From positions 13,516,001 to 13,580,000 of the forward strand of contig NW_027361704.1 in assembly GCF_039654945.1 (NCBI RefSeq): a stretch of DNA of 64,000 bases, written 5' to 3'. This stretch comes from Dendrobates tinctorius. Taxonomy: Eukaryota. The translations under genes were made by a program, and so were the position numbers. The notes beneath the pieces are model-generated. The model was given only the letters and a program-made list of their open reading frames with translations, searched no databases and was not told the DNA's origin. Shown here in pieces: positions 22,710 to 35,200 of the stretch. The first letter of the stretch is position 1. Each line of letters opens with the position of its first letter.

Positions 22710-24383
22710 GTGTGCCTCTCCACTCTTCCTCCAGACTCTGGGACCTTGATTTCCAAATGAAATTCAAAATTTACTTTCATCTGAAAACAACACCTTGGAC
22801 CACTGAGCAAAAGTCCAGTTCTTGTTCTTCTTGGCCCATGTAAGACGCTTCTGGCGTTGTCTATTGGTCACGAATGGCTTGACACAAGGAATGCGACACT
22901 TGTAGCCCATGTCCTGGATACAACTGTGTGTGGTGGCTTTTGAAGCAATGATTCCAGCAGCAGTCCACTCCTTGCGAATCTCCCCCAAATATTTGAATGA
23001 CTTTTTCTTAACAATCCTTTTAAGGCTGCCGTTATCCCGGTTGCTTAGCACCTTTTGGCGATCCATATGTTTTTTGTTTTTTTACTTCCCCATTGAATGG
23101 CTGTAGTACATCATGTGAGCAGATTGCTGCAGAGTAGAGTTGAGCGACTTTTGCTTTTTTAGGGTCGAGTTTCGTTTCATGAAACCCGACTTTTTCAAAA
23201 GTCGGGTCGAGCAAAATCGGCCGACTATAGGGAAAAGTTGGGGGTCCGACCGAAACACGAAACCCAATGTAAGTCAATGGGGAATTAAAGTCGGCAGTGA
23301 GAGGAGGACAGGAAACACACCTACAGTGCCCATTTGAATACCAAAAGCATCAATTCTTCCTACTTAAGCTTGTCAACCTTAATTAACTTCATAATACTAG
23401 TTACGCACTGAAAAATGGGGGTTATTTGGCTAAAGTTGTGGGGGGGTAGGGCTGGCTCCAGGTTTTCATGTCCCCTGGGCAAAAGAGCGCCCCTTTAACA
23501 CATACCACAACTCATCATGCTCCGATACGGTAGAGAAATAGCGGTATAGTACAATGAAAATTACTTCACTTTTTACATCTCATGACGAGGCCCATCTATT
23601 TCTCCATACAGAATCATTGGACCCATATAATGTTTGAAACAGTATATGATGAGCTCCACATAATGCTACAGTATATGTTGGTCCCCATGGATGAAGCTCC
23701 ACTGTCTTATGGGCCCAAATAATGCTCCAAACATAATGGGCCCCATTTCTAAAGCTCTAGTGTATAATGGGCCCTGTAAATGCTGCTCCAGTGACTGATG
23801 TCCACCTTTGGAATGTTCCAGTGTATGGTGGGCCCCATCTATCATTCTCCAGAGTATAGTGCGCCCCAAAAATTGCTGTCCCAACATTGAAAACGATGAA
23901 ATAAGTCTCCTCGCTAGGGAATCCCTGTACTAGTCTGGACTCCTCGTCGTCCCCATCTTCCATCTCACTGCACAGTATTTCAACCTTGCAAGTGCTGTGA
24001 TCCTGAGCAAGCAGGGGGGGGCCCACTCGTTGGCGACGGCACTGGCACAGGGCCCCTGATAGTACAGTGGTGTGTCTGATGGCGGGTGTGCCGAACCTGC
24101 ACTTTCATCTGCAGCTTCCTCTTTGTCACCGTGTAAGATGGAACTGTATATGCGAAGGGTAACCTGAGTTTCATCAGGGTCAGATTCAGGCCGTGTAGCG
24201 TGCGAGGGGAATGTAGTGGTCTGGGTCAATGTACCAACAGATTCATCGAGCAGTGGCTGGGCATCAGTGCACTTGTGTCGCCCCCAGGAGTACGGCCGCC
24301 ACAGTGGCATTACCTTCCTCCTAGGGAGTGTGATGTCATGCTTGGGAGCAACGAAGGATCACTCTAGCAGGTTAACTTATTGG

Positions 24384-24492
24384 GCGGCGTTATTCCCACG
24401 AGTCACGACCCTCCAAACAGCGTTCATGAAGGCAAAGTGTTTGTTTTACGTGGGCAGTATGGTTGCAAAGCTGAACCTTAAAGGAATGTCCA

Positions 24493-24523
<31 letters not shown>

Positions 24524-24847
24524 ATAATTTGACTCAACATGGGCAACCTCAACCATCCAGCCACAAAAAAGATGCACACATTGCAAGCTTAATTCCGTTA
24601 ACGAACGAGACTCCGTCATGCCCCGCGGTCCGAGTCCGGCTTACTAGAGGGACACGCGAGGCTCTGGCACGTGAGATTGGCCAATAACTGGTGTGTCATG
24701 CCATTACATGTCCGTGGCTGCATGTGCGCTACACTGAAAAGGCCAGCGTTTGTCGCTTACAGGTGCAGATAACCCGCTGAACAACGTTAGTGATGGGGAT
24801 CTGGGATTACAATTACTACCCGCGAACGATGATTTCCCACTAAGTGC
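24384..24847 (+). pseudogene. Degenerate 18S rRNA fragment inside hAT-2
   Basis: Recognisable 18S blocks in order: gtatggttgcaaagctgaa, gaagggcaccaccaggagtggagcct, taatttgactcaaca, ttaattccgttaacgaacgagactc, tagagggaca, gcgctacactga, gtgatggggatc, ttcccactaagtgc. There are many substitutions and an internal deletion of roughly 60 nt. Confidence 0.9.
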
Positions 24848-24949
24848 AGTTCCAGAATTAGGCCTAACCGTCATTGCTGAAAAAAAATGAAAAACTTACG
24901 TGTGCAAACCACAGGTGCTGTAGCTTGCTTAACAGCTCGCCAGCCGTTC

Positions 24950-25227
24950 TCAGGCCCAGTATGGATTACACAAAGGTGAGAAAGGGTACCGTATCCCCGG
25001 ATAACATGTATGGATAGCATAGTGTACACATTCAAAATATATGTCTATAGATCAGGAGGCAGGCTCAGACGGTGTCAGGCCCAGTATGGATTACACGTGA
25101 TTGCACAAAGGTGAGAAAGGGTACCATATCCCCGGATAACATGTATGGATAGCATAGTGTACACATTCAAAATAGATGTCTATAGATCAGGAGGCAGGCT
25201 CAGACGGTGTCAGGCCCAGTATGGATT
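24950..25227. repeat. Tandem repeat, 125-135-bp unit, ~2 copies
   Basis: tcaggcccagtatggatt at 24950, 25075 and 25210. Confidence 0.85.
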
Positions 25228-25647
25228 TGACGGCCCAGACTACACAGCGGAGGAGCAGGGAGAGGTAAAGATTGCAAATGCTGGGGCTCTGCCCAAGCAA
25301 GGGGGGCCCACTCGTTGGCGTCGGTACTGGCACTGGGCCCCTCATAGTACGGCGGTGTGTCTGACGGCGGGTGCGCACCACCACCGTCAGAGACACTTGA
25401 TTGCACTATGAGGGACCCTGTGCCAGTGCCCGCGCCCAAGAGTCGGCCTACCCACCTGTCCAGGGCAACGGCACTCGCACGGTTTCGTGCGCTAGGTGGT
25501 GACCCCGGCCATGGGGGGGGGAGGCAGCACAGTTACGGAGTTTTAGAAAGTGACATATGTTGATGTTGGACATTCAGCTGATGCAAAAGGCGAAATTGTT
25601 CAAGTCCCAGGAAGAGGAGGACCAAAGCAAGCCAATTTTCTGTCACC

Positions 25648-28600
25648 CTATGTGTCATCTATGGAAGGTGGGACAAAACCCTTGGAAACCCATGCATGGT
25701 TCATTTTAATGAAGGTTAGATCATCCACATTTTGGGTTGACAGACGTTTCCTTTTTTCTGTCAGATTGATCCAGCTGCACTGAAGACTCTTTCCGAGAGC
25801 ACACTTGCAGCTGGGCAAGCGAGCTCCTGTAAGGCATATTGTGCCAATTCAGGCCAGGTGTCCAGTTTAGCGGCCCAATAGTCAAAGGGGAATGACCTGT
25901 GTGGGAGAACATCGATATGGGAGGAAAAGTAGTTTGTAACCATAGTGGACAACTGCTGTCTCCTGTCACTTTCCATCGATGCAGTATTACCAGTTGTGTG
26001 AGCGGTACTTGAAAAATCAGTCCACAACATTGTCATGAAACCCCTGTCTCCAACGCCACTTCTGTGTGCACCACGAACACCTCTGCCAAGCTGCCCCCGG
26101 CCCATACGGCTCGTGTGAAAACCATTACCGCTGCTGTGTGCTGGGAATGCTTCAACCAACCGGTTTACCAGAGTTGCTTGTTTATTAGCCAATATTAGGT
26201 CAAGGTGCTCGTGTGGCATGATGTTTTGTAATTTGCCTTTATAGCGTGGATCCAGGATACTGGCCAACCAGTAGTCGTCATCGTTCATCATTTTGGCAAC
26301 ACGGGAGTCCCTTTTTAGGATCTGCAAGGCATAATCTGACATGTGGGCCAATGTTCCCAGTGTCAATGATGCACTGCGAGTGCTGGTTGGAGGAGCACTT
26401 TCTGGCAAATCCACATCCCTCCAGTCACGCACAAACCCTGTACCAGACCTTGCCACGCCAACATTTTCACTTGCCCCACGAGATGCATCCTCCACCCATA
26501 AGTAATCATCCCCATCATCATCCTCCTCTTCTTCCTCCACCTCGTCCAGGAGAGGTCCCTGAGCAGACAATGGCTGAATGTCATCAAGGATTTCCTCCTC
26601 CTCGTCAACATTGGCTGCAGACTCCTGCTCCTTAAGGTGCGTCAAAGTTTGCATGAGCAGACGCATAAGTGGGATGCTCATGCTTAGGATGGCGTCATCT
26701 GCGCTTACAAGCCGTGTGCATTCCTCAAAACACTGAAGGACTTTACAGAGGTCTTTCAGCTTCGACCACTGCACACCTGTCAACTCCATGTCTGCTCTCA
26801 AAGTGCCTGGCCGTGTATCCTCCCACAAATGCATTATGGCCTGCCTCTGTTCGCACAGCCGCTCAACCATGTGCAGGGTGGAGTTCCACCTTGTTGCAAT
26901 GTCGATAATGAGGCGGTGGTTGGGAAGGTGGAGCAATCACTGCAGCTTCTGCATACGAATGGAGTGTACAGGCGACCGGCGGATGTGCGCGCACAGTCTT
27001 CGCACCTTCTGGAGCAGGGCTGTTAACTCCGGATAATTGTTGAGGAAGCACTGCACCACCAGGTTCAAGGTATGAGCCAAGCAAGGTATGTGGCTGAGTT
27101 TTGAAAGGGATATGGCTGCCACAAAATTACGGCCGTTATCAGTACCTTGCCTGCCTCAAGATGTATACTGCCCAGGCATGACTCAGTTTGTCGCTGAAAA
27201 TACTCGGCCAGCACCTCCGCGGTGTGTCTGTCGCCCAAACACATCATCTGCAACACAGCCTGCTGACGCTTTCCAATAGCTGCTCGATAGGGGGACACCT
27301 CGTGTGCAACAGTGGCAGCTGCAGATGGAGTGCTCGTACGACTGCGCTCTGTGGACGAGCTTTCGCTTCTGGAGGAGGAGGAGGGTCGAACGCCTACAGG
27401 CTACTGTTTCCTATACCGTGGGCTAGGCAGCACTGTCCCACCACCGCTGTCCCCTGTGGACACTGCATCCACCACATTAACCCAGTGCGCAGTGATGGAC
27501 ACGTAACGGCCCTGGCCATGCATCTGTTGTGAGGTGCACCTTTCCACTCACTGACTGCTTGAGTGCATGGACAATGCAGTCTTTCACATGAAGGTGGAGG
27601 GCTGGGATGGCTTTGCGAGAGAAGTGGCGACTGGGTAGGTCATAGCGTGGTACTGCATAGGCCATGAGTTCGCGGAAAGCTGCGCTTTCCACCAACCGAT
27701 AGGACATCATCTCTAACGAGATTAGTTTGGCAATGTGGGCGTTCAAACCTAGTGTACGCGGATGAGAGACTGAGTACTTTCTTGACCTACTCATAGTCTC
27801 TGGGAGGGTGAGCTGGACTTGAGAGCTGCATATGGTGGAAGTAGCGGTGGACAAGGCGGACTGAGAGAGGGTTGATGATGGTGATGGAGTTGGTGTTCTT
27901 TCTGATGGCCTAGATTCAGTCTTTCGTTGATATAACAGTGGGATTCCCTGACTGCTTTGGCCTTGCAACGACACCTCAACATTTGCTGCTGTGCTAACCG
28001 GTGGGCTTACAGTGAGGGAAACAATCTAGCCTTGCTGACTACCTTCGTTGTGATCAGTTGCACATGTGGTACTTGAGGTTTGGTGTTGTGTCCACGCTTG
28101 CAAGTGCATGCTGGTTAAATGTCTAAGCATGCAACTGGTATTCAAATTTTTCAGATTTTTCCCTTGGCTAAAGGTCTTTGCGCACTTCTTACAGATAACC
28201 TTGGCCTGATCATGAGGATTTTGTTCAAAAAAGTGCCACACTGCACTCTTCCTACTTTGGAAGACATTTTGCGGCCTAGCACGCTGTGCTATTTTGACCG
28301 TCTGGACAAGCTGTCCAGCAACTCTTTTGATTTTTGGAACCTGTCTTTGGAGTGCTTCGGGCATGCCAGATAACAGCTGTTGCGATGTCGATGTCTGCTG
28401 TGGATGCTCCTCCTCCTCATCTGAGCTATTGGAAGCAGCACCCTCTTCCCCCAATGGATGCCAATCTGGGTCAACAACTGGGTCATCCATCATCTCCTCT
28501 TCAATGTCATGTGCACCTTCCTCTGTGTCACCGTGTATGGTGGTATAGTATGCGGGAAGGGGCACCTGAGTCATCAGGGTCAGAATCTGGCTCATTACAC

Positions 28601-29145
28601 TGCGAGGACAATGTAGTGCTCTGACTGAATGTACCAGCAGAATCATCTATCAGTGGCTGTGCATCAGTGCACTCCATGTCAGATTCATCTTGGCCTGGGT
28701 AATTCACCATTTCACTTGATAACCTAGGCATGTTATGTGAAGACAGCTCCATGGAGTAATCAGTTGTATGGCCTGCGTCATCCTTCAATCTTGGTTGGGG
28801 TGAAGGACATAAGGAAAGATGTGGTTCATGAACATGACCCTCCAATGACTACTCAGTGCTTTTATTTTTTACAACTTCAGAAGAGGAGGCGATAGAGCTG
28901 GAGGCTGAGTCAGCAATGTAAGCCAAAACTTTTTCCTGATGCTCTGACTTTAAAAGCGGTTTGCCAACTCCTAGAAAACTAAGCCATCAAGGCCTTGTGG
29001 AGCCAGACGATGATGCAGGCTCAACACCTCCTGCATTCGGTCCTATTTTGCTTTTGCCACTACCATCAGATCCACCACCAACACCATCATTACCAGCTGG
29101 CAACCCCCGCCCAATTCCACGGCCTCTTCCACCAGCCTTCCTCAT
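25648..29145 (-). pseudogene. Frameshifted hAT transposase of hAT-2
   Basis: MRKAGGRGRG start, BED finger VWHFF...ICKKC...LRHLTSMH, VHLTTDAW, CLAHTLNL, ATRWNST, PAASVLSERVFSAAG, spread over several frames. Confidence 0.92.
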
Positions 29146-29211
29146 TTTTGGTAAAAATGTACACAAAATCCCACAAACTATTTAGTAATGTAAAACAAGG
29201 TACAAGGTGTA

Positions 29212-29541
29212 TATAGGACAGGGGAGACGTCAAATTTCTGAACACACTTGTGGACACTGTTGGATTAGGCCCAGTTAATATCACACCGCTATGTCACAGG
29301 CTCAATGTCGTAGGTGTGAAAAATGTCACTATAGGACAGGGGAGATGTAGAATTTCTGAACACACTTGTGGACACTGTTGGATTAGGCCCAGTTAATATC
29401 ACACTGCTATGTCACAGGCTCAATGTCGCAGGTGTGAAAAATGTCACTATAGGACAGGGGAGATGTAGAATTTCTGAACACACTTGTGGACACTGTTGGA
29501 TTGTGTGAGGCCCAGTGAATATCACACCGCTATGTCACAGG
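29212..29541. repeat. 118-bp tandem repeat (~2.8 copies) in the hAT-2 5' region
   Basis: ataggacagggg at 29213, 29331 and 29449. Confidence 0.9.
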
Positions 29542-30677
29542 CAGAAATTGGCTAGTGTATGACAAACTACAAGGTGTATATAGAATTGGACAGAATAGGA
29601 ATCTCCCTAGAGTGTAGGTCTGTAAGAACGGAACATGTCCTCGACTTATCCTTACAGAGTGACACACAGATAGCTTCACTGTGGCCGTGATAACAGCCGT
29701 TACACGGTACTGAGATTGGAGCGTGCACGTACACCACTGTCCGGTGTCCGTAAAATTGTCAAGCTCAGTGTTTTTTAAATATACGGACTGACACACGCTG
29801 TCTCTCTATAGTTTTGAATGTGATCAAACAGCAAATATACAGACAAAACTAGAAGGTGTAGGTTTGTAAGAACGGAACATGTCCTCGACTTATTCTTACA
29901 GAGTGACACACAGATAGCTTCACTGTGGCCGTGATAACAGCTGTTACACGGTACTATGTGAGGAGCGTACACCGCTGTATGGTGTGGAAAAATGCACGCT
30001 CAGTACCTCACCAGGACAAAAAAAAAAAAAAAATTTGGATTGCTTTTAAAAAAGCAGTTTGAGGAGCAGTGGGAAAACAGCAATGCAGCTATCAGGAAGC
30101 CTTATAAGGCAGCCTAACAACCAACACAGCTGATCCAGCAAAATATAGCCTCCACTTGCACTGCACACACAGTGACTGGTGTGTTGTACAGGCAAAATCG
30201 CTAGCAGCAGAAGCAGTTTTTGGTGTCTTCTTCCCTGCCTAACGCTGTCCCTACAGAATCAGCAGCAGCAGCTCTCCCTATTCTGAGATCAGCATGAGTA
30301 ACATGGCGGTCGGCGTGCACGCCCTTTTATACCCCCTGTGACGCCCCCTAAAGCAAGCCAATCACTTGCATGCCCTTCTCAAAGATGGTGGTGACCCCTG
30401 CCTATGTCATCACGTTGCCACAGTGTACTTGGATCCTGATTGGCTGAAAAAGGGCGGAAAACAAACTTTTGAAACGCGACTTTGGCGCTAAAGTCGCCGA
30501 GCTGGTGGCCGACCTCACCCTAGGGTCGGGTTTCGTTTCATGAAACCCGACTTTTCCAAAAGTCGGCGACTTTTGAAATTTTTCAACCCGTTTCGCTTAA
30601 CTCTACTGCAGAGCATTATGGGAAAGCCAGCATTGACACACTAGATGTCATTAGCCTGCTTACTGAGTCTACATCAC

Positions 30678-31350
30678 TGGTGATGGGCGAGCACCAAAAT
30701 ATTTGGGTGCTCGTTGCTCGAGTCGAGCAAATTGGAATGCTTGGGTGCTCGACCCGAGCAATGAGTCCCAATGTAAGTTTATGGGAAACTTGAGCATTTT
30801 CCTAGTGGCCTCCCCACCAGTCTGCAAGGGACTAGAAAATGTGGAAATCGATGGGAACAGTGCTCAAATGACAGGGAAACAGCATGGGGAAGACCCTTGG
30901 AAGCATTTCTGACTCCCAGGTCACTGCTGTTAACAATGTTGTCAGAGTCTTATGCCACTTTTAGAGACTCAAAATAAAACATACAAAAAGGAAACCAAAA
31001 TGGATTTTCCTGGGAAATATGTTAAGAAACATCCTTTCCAGGGTAATGACTTGTATGTAAGGCAAAATAAATAACCAAAAACAAAAATGTTCCTCCACAC
31101 CTTGGGCAAACGTAGCGTTTTTGATACAAAGACAAATGCATTCAGTGGGAAATGTAATTTTAACATTTTACAACCTTATCTGGCCATGTGGTATGTGACA
31201 CCTCATCAGACACATCCTGTTTCATTTATGAAGGAGGGACTCTGAAAATCACAAAGCCAATTGTTATAGGGCCATCAGGCAACCTTTACTATTTTTAAAG
31301 GGCCAGCAGTCGGCCCTCACTATTCTTAGAGAGTCATCAGCCGGCTATGC
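30678..31350. mobile_element. Terminal part of a non-autonomous hAT-like element
   Basis: TIR-like tggtgatgggcgagcac plus gtgctcg subterminal repeats, as in the element at 63718. Confidence 0.6.
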
Positions 31351-31599
31351 TTTGTTGCTCCCATTATTAAACAGTGGGTCTCCTATACTGTTATTGCATA
31401 TGCAGAGAGTGGCAGGGCTGCCCAAAATTTGGACACACCCCAATACACCTTTGAAGAGATGTACAGGAGGGCTGTAGGGGGTGTGCTGGTGGCTAGCTGG
31501 TGCCCTGCATCCCTGTGCGTACCTTTCCTATGAAACCGGGTACGTTTTACATGTAATGTGTCGTGAAGTATAACTGTCTTACGGCACATTAATGTGTTA

Positions 31600-34500
31600 A
31601 ACAATGCACTGGTGTTCATGCATTGTGTATTAGGGATAGAAACAATGAAATGTAGTAGCTGGGTAAGGTTTAGTGGTAGCAAGAGGTAAAATAGGACAGA
31701 ACAGTTGGGGGCACTATAGAGTAGGAGTTTAGATTGAGCTAAGATAAGAAATAGTTAAACCAATAGGATGCTAGCTAGTGGGAGTAGATAGTGAAAGGGT
31801 GAGAAGAGTTTGTTCTGAGGTAGTAAGAGTTGTGGATAGGACAATTGATCCACCTTCTGGGTGGTGATCTTAAGTCTACCCTCCCAATTTTGCTGGGGGT
31901 AGTCCTCCGGGCAGAAATTGATGCCTAAAATTTTAGCTGAGGCCTGGAGCCCTGGAAGGGTGTCCGGGCGATCAAAACTCGGATCTCCCCCTCCCAGTCA
32001 GAGACTCTCACACTTTTACTGGTTGATCATGGACCTGGAAGCCTCAGAGTAGCGTTCGACCTCAGACATGACCCAATCCACCTTCTCTTTTGAGAATACA
32101 AAAAGGGAGACGTCATCAGCATACGCTACCACCCTCAGAGTGGCCCCCGGCTCTATCTGGTCCATCCCGACTCCCACCAATGGTCCACGATCCACCCTCT
32201 TTAAAAGGGGATTTATCGCAAACACTTATAACAGTGGGCTCAAAAGACAACCCTGGCGGACCCCAGAACCAACCTCAAAAGGGTGACCAACCCAACCGTT
32301 CACAGGCGGAAAAGTCTCTGCCCTTTTTTACAAGATCTTTAACCAATTTACAAACCTCCCAGGCAGACCGTACCTCAAAAGGACAGACCAATGGTACTTG
32401 TGATCCACTCCGTCAAAAGCCTGCGCTTGGTTTAACGACAGCAAATACCCCTTTCAGTGACCCGCCCTGCTCTGCTCCACTGCCTCCCAGACACAGAGCA
32501 CAGCGCTAAACGTACTGCGGCCTGGAACAGAGCAGTGCTGAGCCCCCGACTTCACCAACCAATTGAATAGCACCTTTGCCAGAACTTTTCGGTCCATATA
32601 GAGAAGCGCTATGGGATGCCAATTCTCAATACAGGACGAGTCTTTACCGTTTGACAGGATAATCAAGGCTGACCTCCTCATTGATCTGGGAAGCGTGCCT
32701 GAGGAAAGACACTAGTTAAAAACCTCAGTCAAGAGGAAGACCAAAGAGTCCCTAAAGGTCTTGTAAAACTCGGATGTTAAGCCATCCAGACGTGGCGATT
32801 TTTTTCAGATGGCGCCCATCAATCGCCAGTCTCACTTCCTCCTCCCTGATTGCCTCTGCCAAAACATGAAGAGAGGGGTCACCCCCTCCCTCAGGAATGG
32901 TTTCAGCCAGGAAAGCTGACATTTCATCAAGGTTCAGATACCGCTTTTCAAAGAGGCGCGAGTAAAAGGACCAGACCACCTCCAGGATCTCTGACTGGGA
33001 TCTGCTCAGGGAACCTGTACTGCCGATCAGTCCTGTCACCACCTTACAACTAATTGACATCTTACAGTTTCTGTAGAGGTCGGGCGAGCAGTACCTCCTG
33101 AAATCCCTCTCAAAAACCAGATGTGTGCCTATCATACTGAGACTTCTTGAGCAAAGACTTCACCCTGGAGATTTCCTCACTGTCATCAGTCAGTCGAGAC
33201 GAGCTGCTCGAGTTTCCTCCTCAGAGCTTGATACAAGCGATGCCTGTTCAGACTTCTGAGGCTCGAAAGCCGACAGAAGAAATTCACCACCCTCTCTTTG
33301 AAGATCTCCCACCACTCGGACTTTCTGCTACAGAGATCTAAAAGCGGTACCTGGCTCTGAAGAAAGTCCTCAAAAGATAGTCTCATCTCCGAAAATTAAA
33401 CAGTGGTCGGAGAATTCCACCTCAACGGCGGACACTGAAAAAAATGGCATCCTCAATCAAAAAACCTATCTATTCTAGACCTACTGCTTTCCTTAATAAA
33501 GGTGAAAACCCCGTGACTTGGGGTGTGCCAGATGTGGACATCCACCAGGCGAGCTTCACTAGCTATGCTATTTAGAGTATTGCTATATTATTAAGCCAGC
33601 CGGTCTCCGGGACCCCGCTATCACGGGATCTCGTAATGTTGTTAAAATCCCCACTGAAGACCACCTGCTGACTCATAAAAAGAAAGGGCTTGATCTTCAG
33701 GAAGAGACATTTTTGGTCCCACTTGGACTGTGGTCCATAAATATTTATGAGCCGAAGCTACTGTCCCCTCATGAAGATGTCCAAGACTAGACACCTCTCC
33801 ATTTCTACCTCAATCACTTATCGGCCTTCCAATGATGCGGCCCTAAAAAGGACCGCCACCCCACTATATGGCTCGGCCGCAGGAGACCATTATGAGGGCC
33901 CACTCCTCCCCTCTCTTCTGGCTTTATGAATGGCCCCCCATGTCCTTTAGTTTGGTCTCCAGCAAAAACAAAATGTCAGCCTCAATTCTGGTGAGAAAAT
34001 CAAATGCTGCAAATCCAGCCGCATCTGACTTTGTGCTGGCAACATTAATTGATGCCAGAGTCAACAGGGTGGGTTCTGCCATCATGAGTGATTAAGTTAA
34101 ATGGCCTATTTCTTCCCCACCCCCTCTTCACCCTTCCCCCATGAAGAGGAGTCTGGTTCCACCCTCCTTTTTAGGGAAACTGAGGTGTCCATTTTAGCAC
34201 TCTTCTCCTCTCCTCTGGGCTCCAGAGCAGTCTCCTCCCAGAGGAAACAACATTCTCTGGAGGGCAGACTCCACCATCCCCCCGAAAAGCCCCCCAGGTG
34301 CCGCCCATGGCCCCTCAGCCCCGACCTCCATCTCAGAGTCATTGAGGGCTTGGTACCGGTTGGAGAAGGTGATCAGAGGGGAGCTGGTGAGCCCTTACTT
34401 TGGCATACTTACGGTCAGGGGGAATTAGAAGGCTTTTTAACCTTCCCTTTTTTTCTCCTTTTTATTGGTACACTTGCCACCCTGCGTTATTGTAGGCTTC

Positions 34501-35200
34501 TCCGTGACCTCCTCATCCACACCTTCATACATGGAGGAGTTGTTAGAATCAGCCAGGTCCTCCCTCTCCATTCTCCTGACCTCCTTGCATACCTCTTCCA
34601 CCACAGAGCCTCAGAGACATTGGCCACCGCACCCAGGGGGACAAACATTACCCCAGTTGCCGAAGGCTCTCCCTGCCCCTCACCCCATGGTGCCTTGCCT
34701 GCCTCTTTTAAAGCACCTCTGGCCTAGTCCTTCCTCACCAGCCCCTCAGACCCTCTCCGGCCGCCACCACCTGCCACGGCAGAGGTTGTGCCACCAGGGG
34801 TTCCCCCCCCACAGTCCTCCCCAACCTGGCCTGCAGTGGCATTGGAAAAGGAGTGAGGGCAGCGGCTATATGGGTGACCCAGATCACCACACAGGTGGCA
34901 CCTAATGTCACCACAGGATGCGACAAGTTGACTCATTCAGCCACATAAGGCACACTTCTGCACCTTGCACTGAAGTGACGAAGATCACCACACCTGTCGC
35001 AGACCTCGGGCTGCCCCTGGTAGAAGACCAGGATCCTGTCCCTTCCCAGAAACGCCGAGGAAGCCATATGGGTATATGGGTGACGATACCTCCTGAAACC
35101 TTCAATTTCATCATGAAGGTCTAGCCCCCTGACCAGATGCCAAACTCATCCCGGTTCTTCTTTGGGATTTCCGTGACTTCACCATAACGGGAAAGCCACA
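31600..35200 (-). mobile_element. Decayed Tx1-clade non-LTR retrotransposon (ORF1 zinc knuckles, EN, RT)
   Basis: ORF1 IRCHLCGDLGHPYSRC. ORF2 starts at about 34085 and includes NWHPIALL, GCLLSP and VVAYADDV. Confidence 0.85.

Larger units (their letters stand above)
20274..23060 (-). mobile_element. Decayed Tc1-like transposon interrupted by two insertions
   Basis: TA followed by TIR caggtgcttctcacaaaattagaatatcatc at 20274. Transposase pieces: WSKVLFSDESKF (22764), FILQQDLA (about 21990), RLIASMPR (about 20600). Confidence 0.85.
23135..30605 (-). mobile_element. hAT-2: complete 7.5-kb hAT DNA transposon
   Basis: TIR TAGAGTTGAGCGA / TCGCTTAACTCTA, exact 8-bp TSD ctgcagag (23127-23134, 30606-30613), aaacccgactttt..aaaagtcgg subterminal palindromes. 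Confidence 0.95.

Noticed and set aside
23935-23962. gac-tcctcgtc-gtc resembles an HDV P3/L3
   Set aside because: No matching P1 5' strand, no GG for P1.1 and no P2 or P4 were found.
24160-24180. CTGATGA on the minus strand as a hammerhead core
   Set aside because: It is the DPDE coding sequence of the duplicated transposase piece, and no stem II-GAAA follows.
24384-24847. Functional 18S rRNA gene
   Set aside because: Partial, heavily mutated, internally deleted, and lacking ITS/5.8S/28S context.
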